This document shows positions 35,926 to 45,354 of a DNA stretch of 64,000 bases, in pieces. Source of the stretch: Candidatus Moraniibacteriota bacterium. GTDB lineage: Bacteria > Patescibacteriota > Minisyncoccia > Moranbacterales > UBA2206. Under the pieces are notes generated by a model that was given only the letters and a program-made list of their open reading frames with translations, did not search any database and was not told the DNA's origin. Position numbers and translations under genes: made by a program. The stretch's first letter is position 1; each line of letters begins with the position of its first letter. The DNA lies in assembly GCA_030645735.1 (NCBI GenBank), contig JAUSNP010000006.1, positions 196,095-260,094 of the forward strand, read 5' to 3'.

Positions 35926-36061
35926 TTTGGGGTCAATTCAACGCTTTGAGCCAAATATTGACAATTATGCCTTATTTGAGCCAAAAACACTCAAATCCCC
36001 CTTAAAAATAGGATAGCATGGGATATGGAAAAATGCAAAACAAAATTAATGCGTATTTTTA

Positions 36062-36105
36062 CAAAAAAACACCCCCGGCTTCCAGATTTGACTGGATGCC
36101 GGGGG
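36062..36105 (-). terminator. rho-independent terminator of the 184-aa GC-rich gene
   Basis: 8-bp GC stem CCCCCGGC/GCCGGGGG, on minus strand followed by T8. Confidence 0.75.
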
Positions 36106-36139
36106 CAAAACACACTTCTGCAGAAGAGGCTGATTGATG

Positions 36140-36694
36140 TTAGTTGGCTTTGAGCCAGCGACGCAGAGCCATGACCGCCTCGCGCTCGACGCCGTCACGG
36201 ACAGTGTCGTAAAGCTCAAGCCATTCGTCGGCCTTGAGTTTTTTGAACTTCTCGGTGTCCGCGACGCTGATAGTCACGGCCGATGGTTCCTCGACCCTGT
36301 CGGGCGTGGCCTCAATCACGCCCACGATCATATGCCCGTCTGGTAGGGCATCGTTTTCCGTCGTCCGACGACGACTGCTCATCACTGGCTTATTGCTGGC
36401 GTCAAAAGCGAAATTAACCACGCCACACACCAGCTCGCCACCAAACGGGAGCTTGAATCCACACACTTTCCAGGCGCCATACGGAGGCCGCGATTCAATC
36501 GCGCAATTATAGAAAGGCGACAAAAATTTTGTGTCCTCAAGCCTGGGCCCAACCTGGAGTGCCCAATTCTTTGGTCCAAGGTCAATTTTTACCACCTTAC
36601 CTCCCTGGGCAAACCATGCAAGAAAGCCTTCAGGATCCCCAAACTCTACTGGCTGTTGCTTGACTCCTGTCATAATAATCCTCCCTTCCTCCAC
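36140..36694 (-). CDS. hypothetical cytoplasmic protein (184 aa), GC-rich (>55% vs ~35% background)
   Basis: Long ORF with strong Shine-Dalgarno GGAGGAAGGGAGG 5 nt before ATG (unusual here); no recognisable motifs. Confidence 0.5.
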   Translation of the reverse strand: MEEGRIIMTGVKQQPVEFGDPEGFLAWFAQGGKVVKIDLGPKNWALQVGPRLEDTKFLSPFYNCAIESRPPYGAWKVCGFKLPFGGELVCGVVNFAFDASNKPVMSSRRRTTENDALPDGHMIVGVIEATPDRVEEPSAVTISVADTEKFKKLKADEWLELYDTVRDGVEREAVMALRRWLKAN

Positions 36695-36879
36695 TACTTA
36701 ATTATAGTGGCTGAAGTTGTCAGTAGGGTAAGGTCGCAGGACCCATTCCCAAAACCGACCTACTGACTTACTGCAAAGAGCAAAGCTAATCAGGAACAAA
36801 AGTTCCAAAATCAACTTCCCAACAGTTTAGCATGTAAAGTGATTTTAGTCAATAGACCAAAAATAGGTCTTGTTTTAGC

Positions 36880-37833
36880 CTATTTTTGTTTAATCCTAGG
36901 TAATTTTTCCATAATATCAGCTTCATTGCGGTATTTTTCAGCTTTTTGAAGATTGCCTTGTAAAACATAAATTCTGTGTAAAACTTTGTGCGCCCGAATA
37001 ATAGCATTGGTGTAGCTTCCCAAATCGTGGGATTTTTTCAAGGATTCTAAAGCTAAAAACTCTGCCCTATCCAGATTATCAAAATCAATTATTTTTTTCG
37101 ATTCTTTCAACTGTCGCTCTGCTAAACTTGTGTAAGCGTCAGCCGCCTCATTCATGGCTCGAGCCGCCTCAATCTCATCACCATTCTCTTCAAACACTTT
37201 TTGATATTTTTCAAACGCAATCGCCTTGTCTTTGGGTTTCAATACTCTATTATATGTCATTCCAAAGCCAACTTTAGCCTCTAGCACTTGATCCCCTATT
37301 TCCCTAGCCAATCCAACAACTTTTTTATTCGTCTCAACAGCTGCATTTGGATTTTTCTCAACCATTGATTGCCAAGTAGCCAAATCATGCATTGCCCTTG
37401 TATAAACTGACGGATCTGAAAATTTGTTTTCATTTGCAAAAACAATATTTATCAACCTGAAAAATCGCAATTCATCGCGCGTATAATAGGCCAAGCCAAT
37501 CATTTCGTTCAAAATATTTTCCGGCCAACCGATTTTGTGAATCCAATCCAAAACTTTTCCGCTATCTACATAATATATGTCGTCCATCTTTCCAAATTCT
37601 TCTTCAAACATCCGGTCAAAACCAGCCCGCAAAAGAAGCAAATTCTGGTTATTATTTTCCCGATTCAACATAGCACCCCGCCACAAACCAGGGTTTTTCA
37701 AAATCTCCTGAATCCGACTTAGATCCTTACTCGCCAGCGCTTCTGGCATAGATCCAACAGTCTCAATAACCTCTTTGGGAGGCTTAGCTATCCATTTCTC
37801 TTTATGATCAATTGGTCCAGATTCAATTCCCAT
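36880..37833 (-). CDS. hypothetical cytoplasmic alpha-helical protein (317 aa)
   Basis: Long ORF, helical/TPR-like C-terminal half; no recognisable catalytic motif. Confidence 0.45.
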   Translation of the reverse strand: MGIESGPIDHKEKWIAKPPKEVIETVGSMPEALASKDLSRIQEILKNPGLWRGAMLNRENNNQNLLLLRAGFDRMFEEEFGKMDDIYYVDSGKVLDWIHKIGWPENILNEMIGLAYYTRDELRFFRLINIVFANENKFSDPSVYTRAMHDLATWQSMVEKNPNAAVETNKKVVGLAREIGDQVLEAKVGFGMTYNRVLKPKDKAIAFEKYQKVFEENGDEIEAARAMNEAADAYTSLAERQLKESKKIIDFDNLDRAEFLALESLKKSHDLGSYTNAIIRAHKVLHRIYVLQGNLQKAEKYRNEADIMEKLPRIKQK

Positions 37834-37906
37834 AAGTTTAACAAAAAATTACATAGATATTTTTGAAAAATATCCTTCTTTAGATATTCTAACATATTCT
37901 CTAGCA

Positions 37907-37958
37907 AAATAAAAAAGGCCGGCAGGATTTCTCGCGAATGCGAAATTTCCTGCCGGCC
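37907..37958 (-). terminator. rho-independent terminator of Nudix gene
   Basis: 11-bp stem GGCCGGCAGGA/TCCTGCCGGCC with inner TTCGC/GCGAA hairpin; on minus strand followed by TTTTTTATTTT. Confidence 0.75.
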
Positions 37959-37969
37959 ACGTCAACACA

Positions 37970-38641
37970 CTAAATAATTTTGGCAAGCAATCTGGAGATT
38001 GCAGCAAGGGAAAACATATCACCAACTTTGGTTGCTATTTTCCAGGGCAATAGGTAACAATCTTCAACCCCTTCATCATCCATCGACTTATTGCGACAAA
38101 CAATAAATGGGTCAATTTTGTACAAACCTAGAATGCCATCGAAAATAATTAGATTTGAATCAAGTTCACAAGCAAATACTTGTACGCCATCATCTCCACT
38201 TGTCTTAAAGTGGGTACTGTTAGGATTCATGGGGTCACCGTCCAAGATCGTCAAGCTCGATGAGCTAATTCCTAGCTCTTCAGCCAACTCACGTTCCGCA
38301 GCCTGCATATGAGTTTCTCCCTTTCTTTTTCCCCCTCGTGGAATGTTGAGTGTCCAGCCGTCTTGATTGGGTCGATGTTGTAAAAGCATACCAACATAAA
38401 ATTGCTGGTCAATGAAGGCATACGGAACAATAATTGAACCGCCGCCGCCTTCTTCCTTGAAACTCCAGAAAACTTTTCCGTCCAAAGTCCTCCAAACAGA
38501 AAGCTCTCCTGAAGCCGTCTTGATTTGCAAATCCATCTCTAGCTTGATCACGGTCATCCCCCTCATTATATTGGGTATCTTTTTAATATTTTTAATAAAG
38601 AAGCTTTGCTTCTTATTTTTTAATGAACCATCAAGGGCCAC
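37970..38641 (-). CDS. NUDIX hydrolase
   Basis: Nudix box GGKRKGETHMQAAERELAEELGI (Gx5Ex7REuxEExGu). Confidence 0.8.
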   Translation of the reverse strand: MALDGSLKNKKQSFFIKNIKKIPNIMRGMTVIKLEMDLQIKTASGELSVWRTLDGKVFWSFKEEGGGGSIIVPYAFIDQQFYVGMLLQHRPNQDGWTLNIPRGGKRKGETHMQAAERELAEELGISSSSLTILDGDPMNPNSTHFKTSGDDGVQVFACELDSNLIIFDGILGLYKIDPFIVCRNKSMDDEGVEDCYLLPWKIATKVGDMFSLAAISRLLAKII

Positions 38642-38695
38642 CTTTCAATGTACGATTTTAGCATAAGTAAATTATACAGTCAATGTTTTGACAAT

Positions 38696-38723
38696 ACAAA
38701 AAATGGCTTTTTTCAAGCCATTA
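38696..38723 (-). terminator. rho-independent terminator of glyA
   Basis: AATGGCTT-ttttca-AAGCCATT then T-run on minus strand. Confidence 0.6.
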
Positions 38724-38741
38724 TTTGATTAGATAATATCT

Positions 38742-40004
38742 TTATTTCAAGCCTTTATATAGGGGGAATTTTTTGCACAAGGTGATCACTTCTTTGTGAA
38801 TTTCTCGCAACTTCTTTTCATCAGTGTGATTTTCAATCACCTGTGTGATCCACAAAGCAATTTTGCGAATTTCTTTTTCTTTCATACCTCGACTAGTGAT
38901 AGCTGGCACACCGATGCGCACGCCACTTGGATCCATCGGGCTTCGCGGATCATCGGGAATCATATTTTTGTTCAAGGTGATGCCAACTTTGTCCAAAGCT
39001 TTCTCCGCTTCTTTGCCAGTCACACCCTTTGATCCAAAAACATCCACCAAAACCATATGGTTGTCGGTGCCGCCAAACATCAATTTGAAGCCATGTTTTT
39101 TGAGTTCAATTTCCAAAACCTTGGCGTTGGTAATCACTTGCTTGGCATATTTTTGGAAAGATGGTTTCAAAGCTTCACCAAAAGCCACCGCCTTGGCGGC
39201 AATGATTTGTTCGTGTGGTCCGCCTTGGAAACCTGGGAAAGTGGCTTTGTCGATTGCGCTGGCAAATTTTTCTTTGCACATAATCATGCCTCCACGTGGT
39301 CCACGCAAAGTTTTGTGGGTGGTGGTGGTCACAATATCAAAATATGGAACTGGATTTGGCAAAGCCTTGCCCGCAATGAGTCCTGCAATATGCGCAATGT
39401 CAAACATGGTGATGGCTCCAACTTTTTTGGCAATGGCCGCGAATTTCTTATAGTCCAATTGGCGAGTATAAGCTGAGAATCCTGCCAAAATCATTTGTGG
39501 TTTTTCTTTTAAAGCCATCTTCTCCAATTCTTTATAATCTATCTTGCCATTCTTGTCAGTTTTATAGCGCACGAAGTTATAAATCTTGGCTGACAAAGTC
39601 ACTGGATGACCATGGGTCAAATGTCCACCATGTGACAAATCCATACCCAAAACTTTGTCGCCTGGTTTCAACACGGCGCTGTAGGCAATCATATTAGCTG
39701 GCGCGCCAGACAATGGTTGCACATTCACGTGTTCTGCTCCAAAAAGTTCCTTAGCTCGATCAATGGCCAATTGTTCCACAATATCAATATATTCCTGACC
39801 ACCATAATATCTTTTTCCGGGATAACCTTCCGAATATTTGTTGGTCAAAACTGAACCCATTGCTTCCAACACCGCCTCAGAAACATAATTTTCTGACGCA
39901 ATCAATTCCATACCCTCGCGTTGTCTTTTCAATTCTCCTTGGATCGCTTTATACACCTTTGAATCCTGTTTTTTCAATATTGACATAGGATTTTTTATTG
40001 TCAT
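38742..40004 (-). CDS. glyA: serine hydroxymethyltransferase
   Basis: [41 protein letters not shown] (PLP-lysine region). Confidence 0.95.
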   Translation of the reverse strand: MTIKNPMSILKKQDSKVYKAIQGELKRQREGMELIASENYVSEAVLEAMGSVLTNKYSEGYPGKRYYGGQEYIDIVEQLAIDRAKELFGAEHVNVQPLSGAPANMIAYSAVLKPGDKVLGMDLSHGGHLTHGHPVTLSAKIYNFVRYKTDKNGKIDYKELEKMALKEKPQMILAGFSAYTRQLDYKKFAAIAKKVGAITMFDIAHIAGLIAGKALPNPVPYFDIVTTTTHKTLRGPRGGMIMCKEKFASAIDKATFPGFQGGPHEQIIAAKAVAFGEALKPSFQKYAKQVITNAKVLEIELKKHGFKLMFGGTDNHMVLVDVFGSKGVTGKEAEKALDKVGITLNKNMIPDDPRSPMDPSGVRIGVPAITSRGMKEKEIRKIALWITQVIENHTDEKKLREIHKEVITLCKKFPLYKGLK

Positions 40005-40099
40005 CCCGGGCTTGACCCGGGATCTACTCTGCGTTTCACTGAATTAAATTTAGATTCGCAATTACAGTGAGCAGATTCCGGCTCAAGGCCGGAATGACA
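39999..40099. repeat. GC-rich 101-bp extended palindromic element with TGTCATCCCGG / CCGGAATGACA terminal inverted repeats (MITE-like)
   Basis: hairpins CCCGGG-cttga-CCCGGG and CCGGC-tcaag-GCCGG, central TCACTG...CAGTGA; a related copy lies at 43504-43576. Confidence 0.55.
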
Positions 40100-40108
40100 G
40101 TTTATTTA

Positions 40109-41044
40109 TTATTTTTTAGTTGATTTTAAATACTCCTTTAGAGCATCTTTATAACTCCGCATCGGATTCAATTTCGTGTTGAGCAAAACTGAATAGTGCG
40201 GTCTAGCTGCTGGTCTGGGAAATTCTGAACCCAGAACTGGAGTGACTTTAGTTTTCACTTTAGTCTGCTTATACAATTCTAGAACAGCTTCGTACCAAGT
40301 GCAAGCATCGCCATTCATGATGTGATAGATGCCAAATGGCTTTTCCGCCTCGATGATTTCTTTGGTTTTTTGAGCCAAATCTGGCGCATAGGTGAAACAA
40401 CTCGTTTCTTCATCCACCACTTTGACTTCTTTGTTTTTCTTACCCACCTCCAACATTATATCAAAAAAACTCCGCTTAGCTCCCTCACTAGTAGCTGGCT
40501 TACCGAAAAGTTTTGAGAGTCGGATAATATAAAAATTCTTGGAATTTTTGGCTACTTCTTTTTCGCCCATCAATTTTGTTTTGCCATACTTGGAAATCGG
40601 ATTGGGTTTCGCCTCTTCATCAAAACCGATCTGTGGCACAAAATCTTCATGCAGACTGCAAGTTGAACAGCGATGTGAACATCCATTTGGTTCTGGAATT
40701 TCGGGTTGACCATCAAAAACATAATCCGTCGAATAGTGCACCAATGTGGCTTTGATTTTTTGGGCCACTTTTGCCAAATAGCCTGGCGCACTGCCGTTCA
40801 GTTTTTTCGCCAAAGCTAATTCTTTTTTGTCTTCCTCGCATTTGTCCACTGCGTTATAGGCAGCAGAGTTGATAATCACATCTGGTTTCAACTTGGAAAT
40901 TTTTGTATTCACTTCTTTTTCTGAAGTCACATCAATATCCCCGCGATCCCACGCCACAACCTCATAGTCAGAATCTTTTTTGAAAACTCTGACGAGCTCT
41001 TGCCCCAGCATACCATTGGCGCCAATTATTAGAATTTTTTTCAT
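40109..41044 (-). CDS. rfbD: dTDP-4-dehydrorhamnose reductase with ~30-aa Cys-rich insertion
   Basis: MKKILIIGANGMLGQELV..., HYSTDYVFDG...YGKTK RmlD motifs; inserted PEPNGCSHRCSTCSLHEDF (Cx3Cx2C) between them. Confidence 0.8.
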   Translation of the reverse strand: MKKILIIGANGMLGQELVRVFKKDSDYEVVAWDRGDIDVTSEKEVNTKISKLKPDVIINSAAYNAVDKCEEDKKELALAKKLNGSAPGYLAKVAQKIKATLVHYSTDYVFDGQPEIPEPNGCSHRCSTCSLHEDFVPQIGFDEEAKPNPISKYGKTKLMGEKEVAKNSKNFYIIRLSKLFGKPATSEGAKRSFFDIMLEVGKKNKEVKVVDEETSCFTYAPDLAQKTKEIIEAEKPFGIYHIMNGDACTWYEAVLELYKQTKVKTKVTPVLGSEFPRPAARPHYSVLLNTKLNPMRSYKDALKEYLKSTKK

Positions 41045-41058
41045 ATTATTTTTTTTAT

Positions 41059-41787
41059 TTAAACATTAATAATTCCTTCAAGATATTTTTTAACTTCCAG
41101 TTGCTCCTTAAACGAGTTTTCTAATTCGATGCTGATAATATCCGGCAGATATTGTAAATATTTTTTTATATAATTCACTTCGGAAAGGTCTTTCAACCAA
41201 TGATCTGAGCATATCACATTGCCTGGGAGATGTGGGTCTTCTTTGGGATGATTAACAGCTGAGATATGCGCGCAACCAACAGGAAATTTCTCCAATATCT
41301 TCATTATTACATCTTTTTTTACATCATAATCCGACCCACACTGGAAAATATAATCCTCCCAGTGGCTAACATCCAAACAGAAGCCGCCATAAAATGCCAG
41401 CTCATCGGCTGTAGGCACAACGATTGAATTTTCAACATAAATCCGTTTGGCATATTTTGAAAAATTATCAACCAATGGATATTGACTTGTTGCGGAGTGT
41501 ATATTGAAAACTTTCACATCATATCTTTCAACCAAATAATCAACTTCGGCAAGTGTCATATCGCCTCTGAGATGGACATGCGGCACACTGCGCAAAGGAG
41601 TTTCTTCAAGCCTTTTATACAACTCCTGCCGATCTTCAACAGCTAGGTTAGTGAGGAATAAAGATATCTCCGTTAAATTGTATAATTTTATTTCTTCAAT
41701 TTTTTCCCTCCAATTTGAACCCTCTGTCGTTGTCAGACTGAGAAGGATTTTTTTATTTCCCGTACTGTTTTTCATAATATTTGGCAT
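41059..41787 (-). CDS. hypothetical protein (243 aa from MPNIMK)
   Basis: ORF between rfbD and rfbB; ATG at 41787 chosen to avoid overlap with rfbB; several His/Asp/Cys residues (HWEDY, GCAHISAVNHPKEDPH) suggest a metal-dependent enzyme. Confidence 0.4.
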   Translation of the reverse strand: MPNIMKNSTGNKKILLSLTTTEGSNWREKIEEIKLYNLTEISLFLTNLAVEDRQELYKRLEETPLRSVPHVHLRGDMTLAEVDYLVERYDVKVFNIHSATSQYPLVDNFSKYAKRIYVENSIVVPTADELAFYGGFCLDVSHWEDYIFQCGSDYDVKKDVIMKILEKFPVGCAHISAVNHPKEDPHLPGNVICSDHWLKDLSEVNYIKKYLQYLPDIISIELENSFKEQLEVKKYLEGIINV

Positions 41788-42757
41788 ATTCACCGCTTTT
41801 GATGTCTTTCCACCAAGCCTCATTGTTTTTGTACCATTCAATTGTTTTTTGTAGCCCTTCTTCAAAACTCACACTTGGTTCCCATCCCAATTCATTCTTG
41901 ATTTTAGAAAAATCAATTGCATAGCGCCTATCATGTCCTGGACGATCTTTTACGAATTCGATCATATCCTCACCTTTACCCATCAATTCTAAAATTTTGT
42001 AAGTAATCTCCTTGTTATTCTTTTCCGCATCACCTCCCACACAATAGGTCTCGCCAATTCTGCCCTTGTGAATAATTGCATCAATCGCAACGCAATGATC
42101 TTCCACATAGAGCCAATCACGCACATTCATGCCATCACCATACAATGGAACTTTTTTATCTTCAATCAGATTAGTAATAAACAATGGGAAAAGTTTTTCT
42201 GGAAACATATATGGTCCATAATTATTGGAACAATTGGAAATTGTTATTGGCAAATTATAGGTGTGAAAATAGGCTCGCACCAAATGATCTGATGAAGCCT
42301 TGGAAGCTGAATATGGACTGCGTGGATCATAGGGAGTTTTTTCATTGAATTTTGGATCATCCATTTTCAACGCGCCAAAAACTTCATCCGTTGAAACATG
42401 ATGAAATCTTTTGTTGCCGTTGTTTTTTGCGGCTTCCAAAAGCGTGTGTGTGCCGATCACATTGGTGCGAATAAATTCTTCTGAATCCAGAATTGAACGA
42501 TCTACATGTGATTCAGCCGCAAAATGCACGATTATATCACAATCTTTCACGAGATTATTCACCAATTCAAAATCAGCAATGTCCCCTTTTACAAATTTAT
42601 AATTTGGATTGTTCTCAAGCTCTTTCAAATTCTCCAAATTTCCAGCATAGGTCAAAAGATCCAAATTGACCACCTGATAATCCGGATATTTTTTGAGAAT
42701 ATAATGCACAAAGTTTGAACCAATAAAACCTGCGCCACCTGTGACTAATAATTTCAT
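41753..42757 (-). CDS. rfbB: dTDP-glucose 4,6-dehydratase
   Basis: MKLLVTGGAGFIGSNFV..., HVSTDEVFG, YSASKASSDHLVRAY. Confidence 0.95.
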   Translation of the reverse strand: MKLLVTGGAGFIGSNFVHYILKKYPDYQVVNLDLLTYAGNLENLKELENNPNYKFVKGDIADFELVNNLVKDCDIIVHFAAESHVDRSILDSEEFIRTNVIGTHTLLEAAKNNGNKRFHHVSTDEVFGALKMDDPKFNEKTPYDPRSPYSASKASSDHLVRAYFHTYNLPITISNCSNNYGPYMFPEKLFPLFITNLIEDKKVPLYGDGMNVRDWLYVEDHCVAIDAIIHKGRIGETYCVGGDAEKNNKEITYKILELMGKGEDMIEFVKDRPGHDRRYAIDFSKIKNELGWEPSVSFEEGLQKTIEWYKNNEAWWKDIKSGEYAKYYEKQYGK

Positions 42758-42764
42758 AAAAAAT

Positions 42765-42848
42765 AGTCTATAAAGCTGAAAGTCTATAAAGTCTATAAAG
42801 CATTTTGCTTGACGGACTTGATGGACTTTACGACTTTATGGACTCTGC
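42765..42848. repeat. decamer array I (palindromic)
   Basis: CTATAAAGCTGAAAGTCTATAAAGTCTATAAAGC-attttgc-TTGACGGACTTGATGGACTTTACGACTTTATGGACTC. Confidence 0.75.
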
Positions 42849-42850
42849 AA

Positions 42851-43396
42851 TTAAAACGGTGAATTAAAATCTCTAAAAAACTGTTGCTTCTGATCTTTTT
42901 CTGACAAAATCGGATTTTCAATCGGCCAATAGATTTTCAAATCGGGATCGTTCCAGGCAATTCCACTATCTTGCGTGGGCGCATAAAAATTGTCGCATTT
43001 ATATTGAAATTCAGTATAGTCTTCCAAAGTACAATAACCATGCGCAAACCCGCGTGGGACAAACAGCATCCAAAAGTTTTTAGCCGTCAACTCAAAAGCT
43101 TCCCACTTGCCATAGGTTTCTGAATCTTTGCGCAGATCAACTATCACATCATAAACCGCGCCTTTAGTCACCCGCACCAACTTAGCTTGCGCCGCGTCTC
43201 CCAATTGAAAATGCAAGCCACGCAACACACCCTTGGTGACTGACATGGCATGATTATCTTGCACGAAATCCGCTTCAATTCCAGCGGCCTTGAAATCCTT
43301 TTCGGAATAAGTCTCCATGAAAAAGCCTCGTTCATCTTGAAAAACTCTGGGCTTGATTATGTAAGCACCTTTGAGCGTTGTTTCTATGATTTCCAT
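42851..43396 (-). CDS. rfbC: dTDP-4-dehydrorhamnose 3,5-epimerase
   Basis: cupin RmlC motifs: RGFFMETY, GVLRGLHFQ, AQAKLVRVTKGAVYDVIVDLR. Confidence 0.9.
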   Translation of the reverse strand: MEIIETTLKGAYIIKPRVFQDERGFFMETYSEKDFKAAGIEADFVQDNHAMSVTKGVLRGLHFQLGDAAQAKLVRVTKGAVYDVIVDLRKDSETYGKWEAFELTAKNFWMLFVPRGFAHGYCTLEDYTEFQYKCDNFYAPTQDSGIAWNDPDLKIYWPIENPILSEKDQKQQFFRDFNSPF

Positions 43397-43469
43397 ATAT
43401 ATTTTAGGCTTATTTTGCTTAATTCACTGCTTCCCCATTTTACCTCAAATCAGCTTTTTTGACAAAAAA

Positions 43470-43500
43470 ACCGCCTTGCCTGCGCAAAACGGTTTTTTTA
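43470..43500. terminator. bidirectional terminator
   Basis: A-run, AACCG...CGGTT hairpin, T7. Confidence 0.5.
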
Positions 43501-43503
43501 TAT

Positions 43504-43576
43504 TGTCATTCCGGCCTCCCGCCTCGCTTCGACGAGCAATCGTCTTTGCGAGTCGAGGCGGGTGAGCCGGAATCCA
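43504..43576. repeat. GC-rich palindromic element, second copy of the TGTCATTCCGG...CCGGAAT family
   Basis: TTCCGGC/GCCGGAA outer stem, CCCGCCTCG/CGAGGCGGG inner stem. Confidence 0.5.
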
Positions 43577-43585
43577 CTCAAAAGC

Positions 43586-44572
43586 TTATTTAAAAATTCC
43601 TCCACTCAAAAGCTTGTTCAATCTTTCCTTGACCTCCTCTGGAGTGGCTTCATGAGTGGTGTCTTTGGCTACCGCGTCAGAAACAATCATTTCGGCTGAT
43701 TCAGTTTTTTCAACTGGTTGCGCAGGTGTCGCGCTGAAAGAAAAATCTTCTTCGGCGATTGGCAAATTGGCTGGCGCAGCGGCTTTCTTTTCACCGCCAA
43801 TCAACTCATTCATTTTCGGAGCCACCAAAGCAGCTTCTTCTTCAATATTGAAATCTAGAGTTTTTTTATCTCCAAAAGCTTGTCCAAAATCCGGAAAAGA
43901 AAACTTTGGAAACGAGAATGATTTTTTTTCATCTTCCATTTCTCTAGGTTGTTCTACAAATTCTTCAACCATCAAATCTTCCCCATCTGAATTTTTTGCA
44001 AACAAAGTTAGTAAAAATTGAAATAACAATCCCACCAACAACCCCAACACCAAACTGATCATTGCAACTTTTGCAACTGAATCTTTTTTTGTAACTGCGG
44101 AAACGATTGGGCCATCGATCTTTTTCATGCCCAAATCCTCCATCGTATAATATTTACCCATCACAAAAATCAAGTCCGCTGCTGTTTGTTTGTTTACAAT
44201 TTCAGCTTGCAATTGAACATCATTGAAAGTCTTGACTCGCACCACTCCACTTCGACGAATTTGTTCCACTGAAACCATTGCGTTCCAAGCAGACTTTCTT
44301 TGGGCATCTGCCAATTGTGATGCTGAGTCTTCAATGTCAGAATTTTTTTCCAACAGCTTATCATAGAAAGACAACGACATCGGAATCTGCTTAGCATTGC
44401 CAATGATCTGGTCAATATTGCGCGCTGTCCAGTCATTCTTTGGCAACAGCAAGATGTCCGTTTCCACTTGAAAAGTCTTGTTTGTTCCCATCGCAACCAC
44501 AAAAAACACCACTGCCACTACCACGGTAGCGAGCCAAAAAGTCACTGCTTTGAATGTTTGTCGCATGTCCAT
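43586..44572 (-). CDS. bitopic membrane protein with two TM helices flanking a ~180-aa extracytoplasmic domain and acidic C-terminal tail; possible Wzz-like chain-length regulator
   Basis: TM1 TFWLATVVVAVVFFVVAM, TM2 VAMISLVLGLLVGLLFQFLLTLF; start MDMRQ chosen because the upstream in-frame extension contains REP copy 6. Confidence 0.35.
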   Translation of the reverse strand: MDMRQTFKAVTFWLATVVVAVVFFVVAMGTNKTFQVETDILLLPKNDWTARNIDQIIGNAKQIPMSLSFYDKLLEKNSDIEDSASQLADAQRKSAWNAMVSVEQIRRSGVVRVKTFNDVQLQAEIVNKQTAADLIFVMGKYYTMEDLGMKKIDGPIVSAVTKKDSVAKVAMISLVLGLLVGLLFQFLLTLFAKNSDGEDLMVEEFVEQPREMEDEKKSFSFPKFSFPDFGQAFGDKKTLDFNIEEEAALVAPKMNELIGGEKKAAAPANLPIAEEDFSFSATPAQPVEKTESAEMIVSDAVAKDTTHEATPEEVKERLNKLLSGGIFK

Positions 44573-44659
44573 ATTATTTGAAAAATTATGATAATTTACT
44601 CGATTACATAGCTTAGCACTCCGCCCAAAAAAGTCAATAGGCAAACCCACCAAACATTC

Positions 44660-44682
44660 CTGTAGGGGTTTCACCCCTACAG
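44660..44682. repeat. REP palindromic element copy 6
   Basis: CTGTAGGGGTTTCACCCCTACAG perfect. Confidence 0.85.
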
Positions 44683-44775
44683 AACTAATTTTTCCAAATT
44701 TAAAGGGCAGTTGTCGTAATAGACTTCTGCCCTTCATTGGCCTGGTGGTTTCCTAAACCAACCTTAGCCAAAATC

Positions 44776-45309
44776 TTAGTGTTTGTGGAATGGCTTCCAC
44801 CCCATGACGGTTGCCAAGCCGATATAGACGAACCCTACCAGCACCAGCAAGGCTAGCCACCCCAGCCAGACAATGCTACTGGATGCGTTATTCTTGGCCT
44901 CGGAAGCATTGGCCTTGGCCTCAGTGACTCCCGTATTGAGAGTCGCATCTTCAGCCCTGAGCTCATCCAAGGCGCTATCGGTGGCCGCGCGATAATCTTC
45001 ATCACTCTTGATGTGATTCGCGAGACCATCCTCGACGCCTTTGACTCGTGTGTCGAGCTTCGCAACTCCCTCGTCGGTAGCCGCCTGCTTTTTGGCAAGG
45101 GCGGACAAATCTTTCTGCAACTTCGAAATTTTGTGACTCTCCTCCCGTTTGAAAGACTTCATTTCATCTGCTGTCGCCCAATAACCCTCGGCGACTCCAG
45201 ACGATTTGACTGCCACTTCACCGGCAGTTGTGAAAGCCTGCGCCATAATCGGCACAAACAACGTTGCCAATATTGCCCACACTACCATTATTTGTTTCAT
45301 GTGCTTCAC
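44776..45309 (-). CDS. secreted coiled-coil protein with C-terminal TM anchor, Ala-rich, hypothetical
   Basis: Signal peptide MKHMKQIMVVWAILATLFVPIMAQA; heptad-rich middle; C-terminal IVWLGWLALLVLVGFVYIGLATVMGW. Confidence 0.45.
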   Translation of the reverse strand: MKHMKQIMVVWAILATLFVPIMAQAFTTAGEVAVKSSGVAEGYWATADEMKSFKREESHKISKLQKDLSALAKKQAATDEGVAKLDTRVKGVEDGLANHIKSDEDYRAATDSALDELRAEDATLNTGVTEAKANASEAKNNASSSIVWLGWLALLVLVGFVYIGLATVMGWKPFHKH

Positions 45310-45354
45310 CTCTGAAAAATTTTTGGAACGGGCTTCGCGTGAAGCCCGTCCTGG

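Noticed and set aside
36735-36783. tRNA-like hairpin GTCAGTAGG...CCTACTGAC with a GGTCGCAGGACCC core
   Set aside because: No cloverleaf can be drawn. The T-loop GGTTCGAATCC-like box is imperfect, and there is no acceptor stem or anticodon arm. It is more likely a simple stem-loop in the leader of the GC-rich gene.
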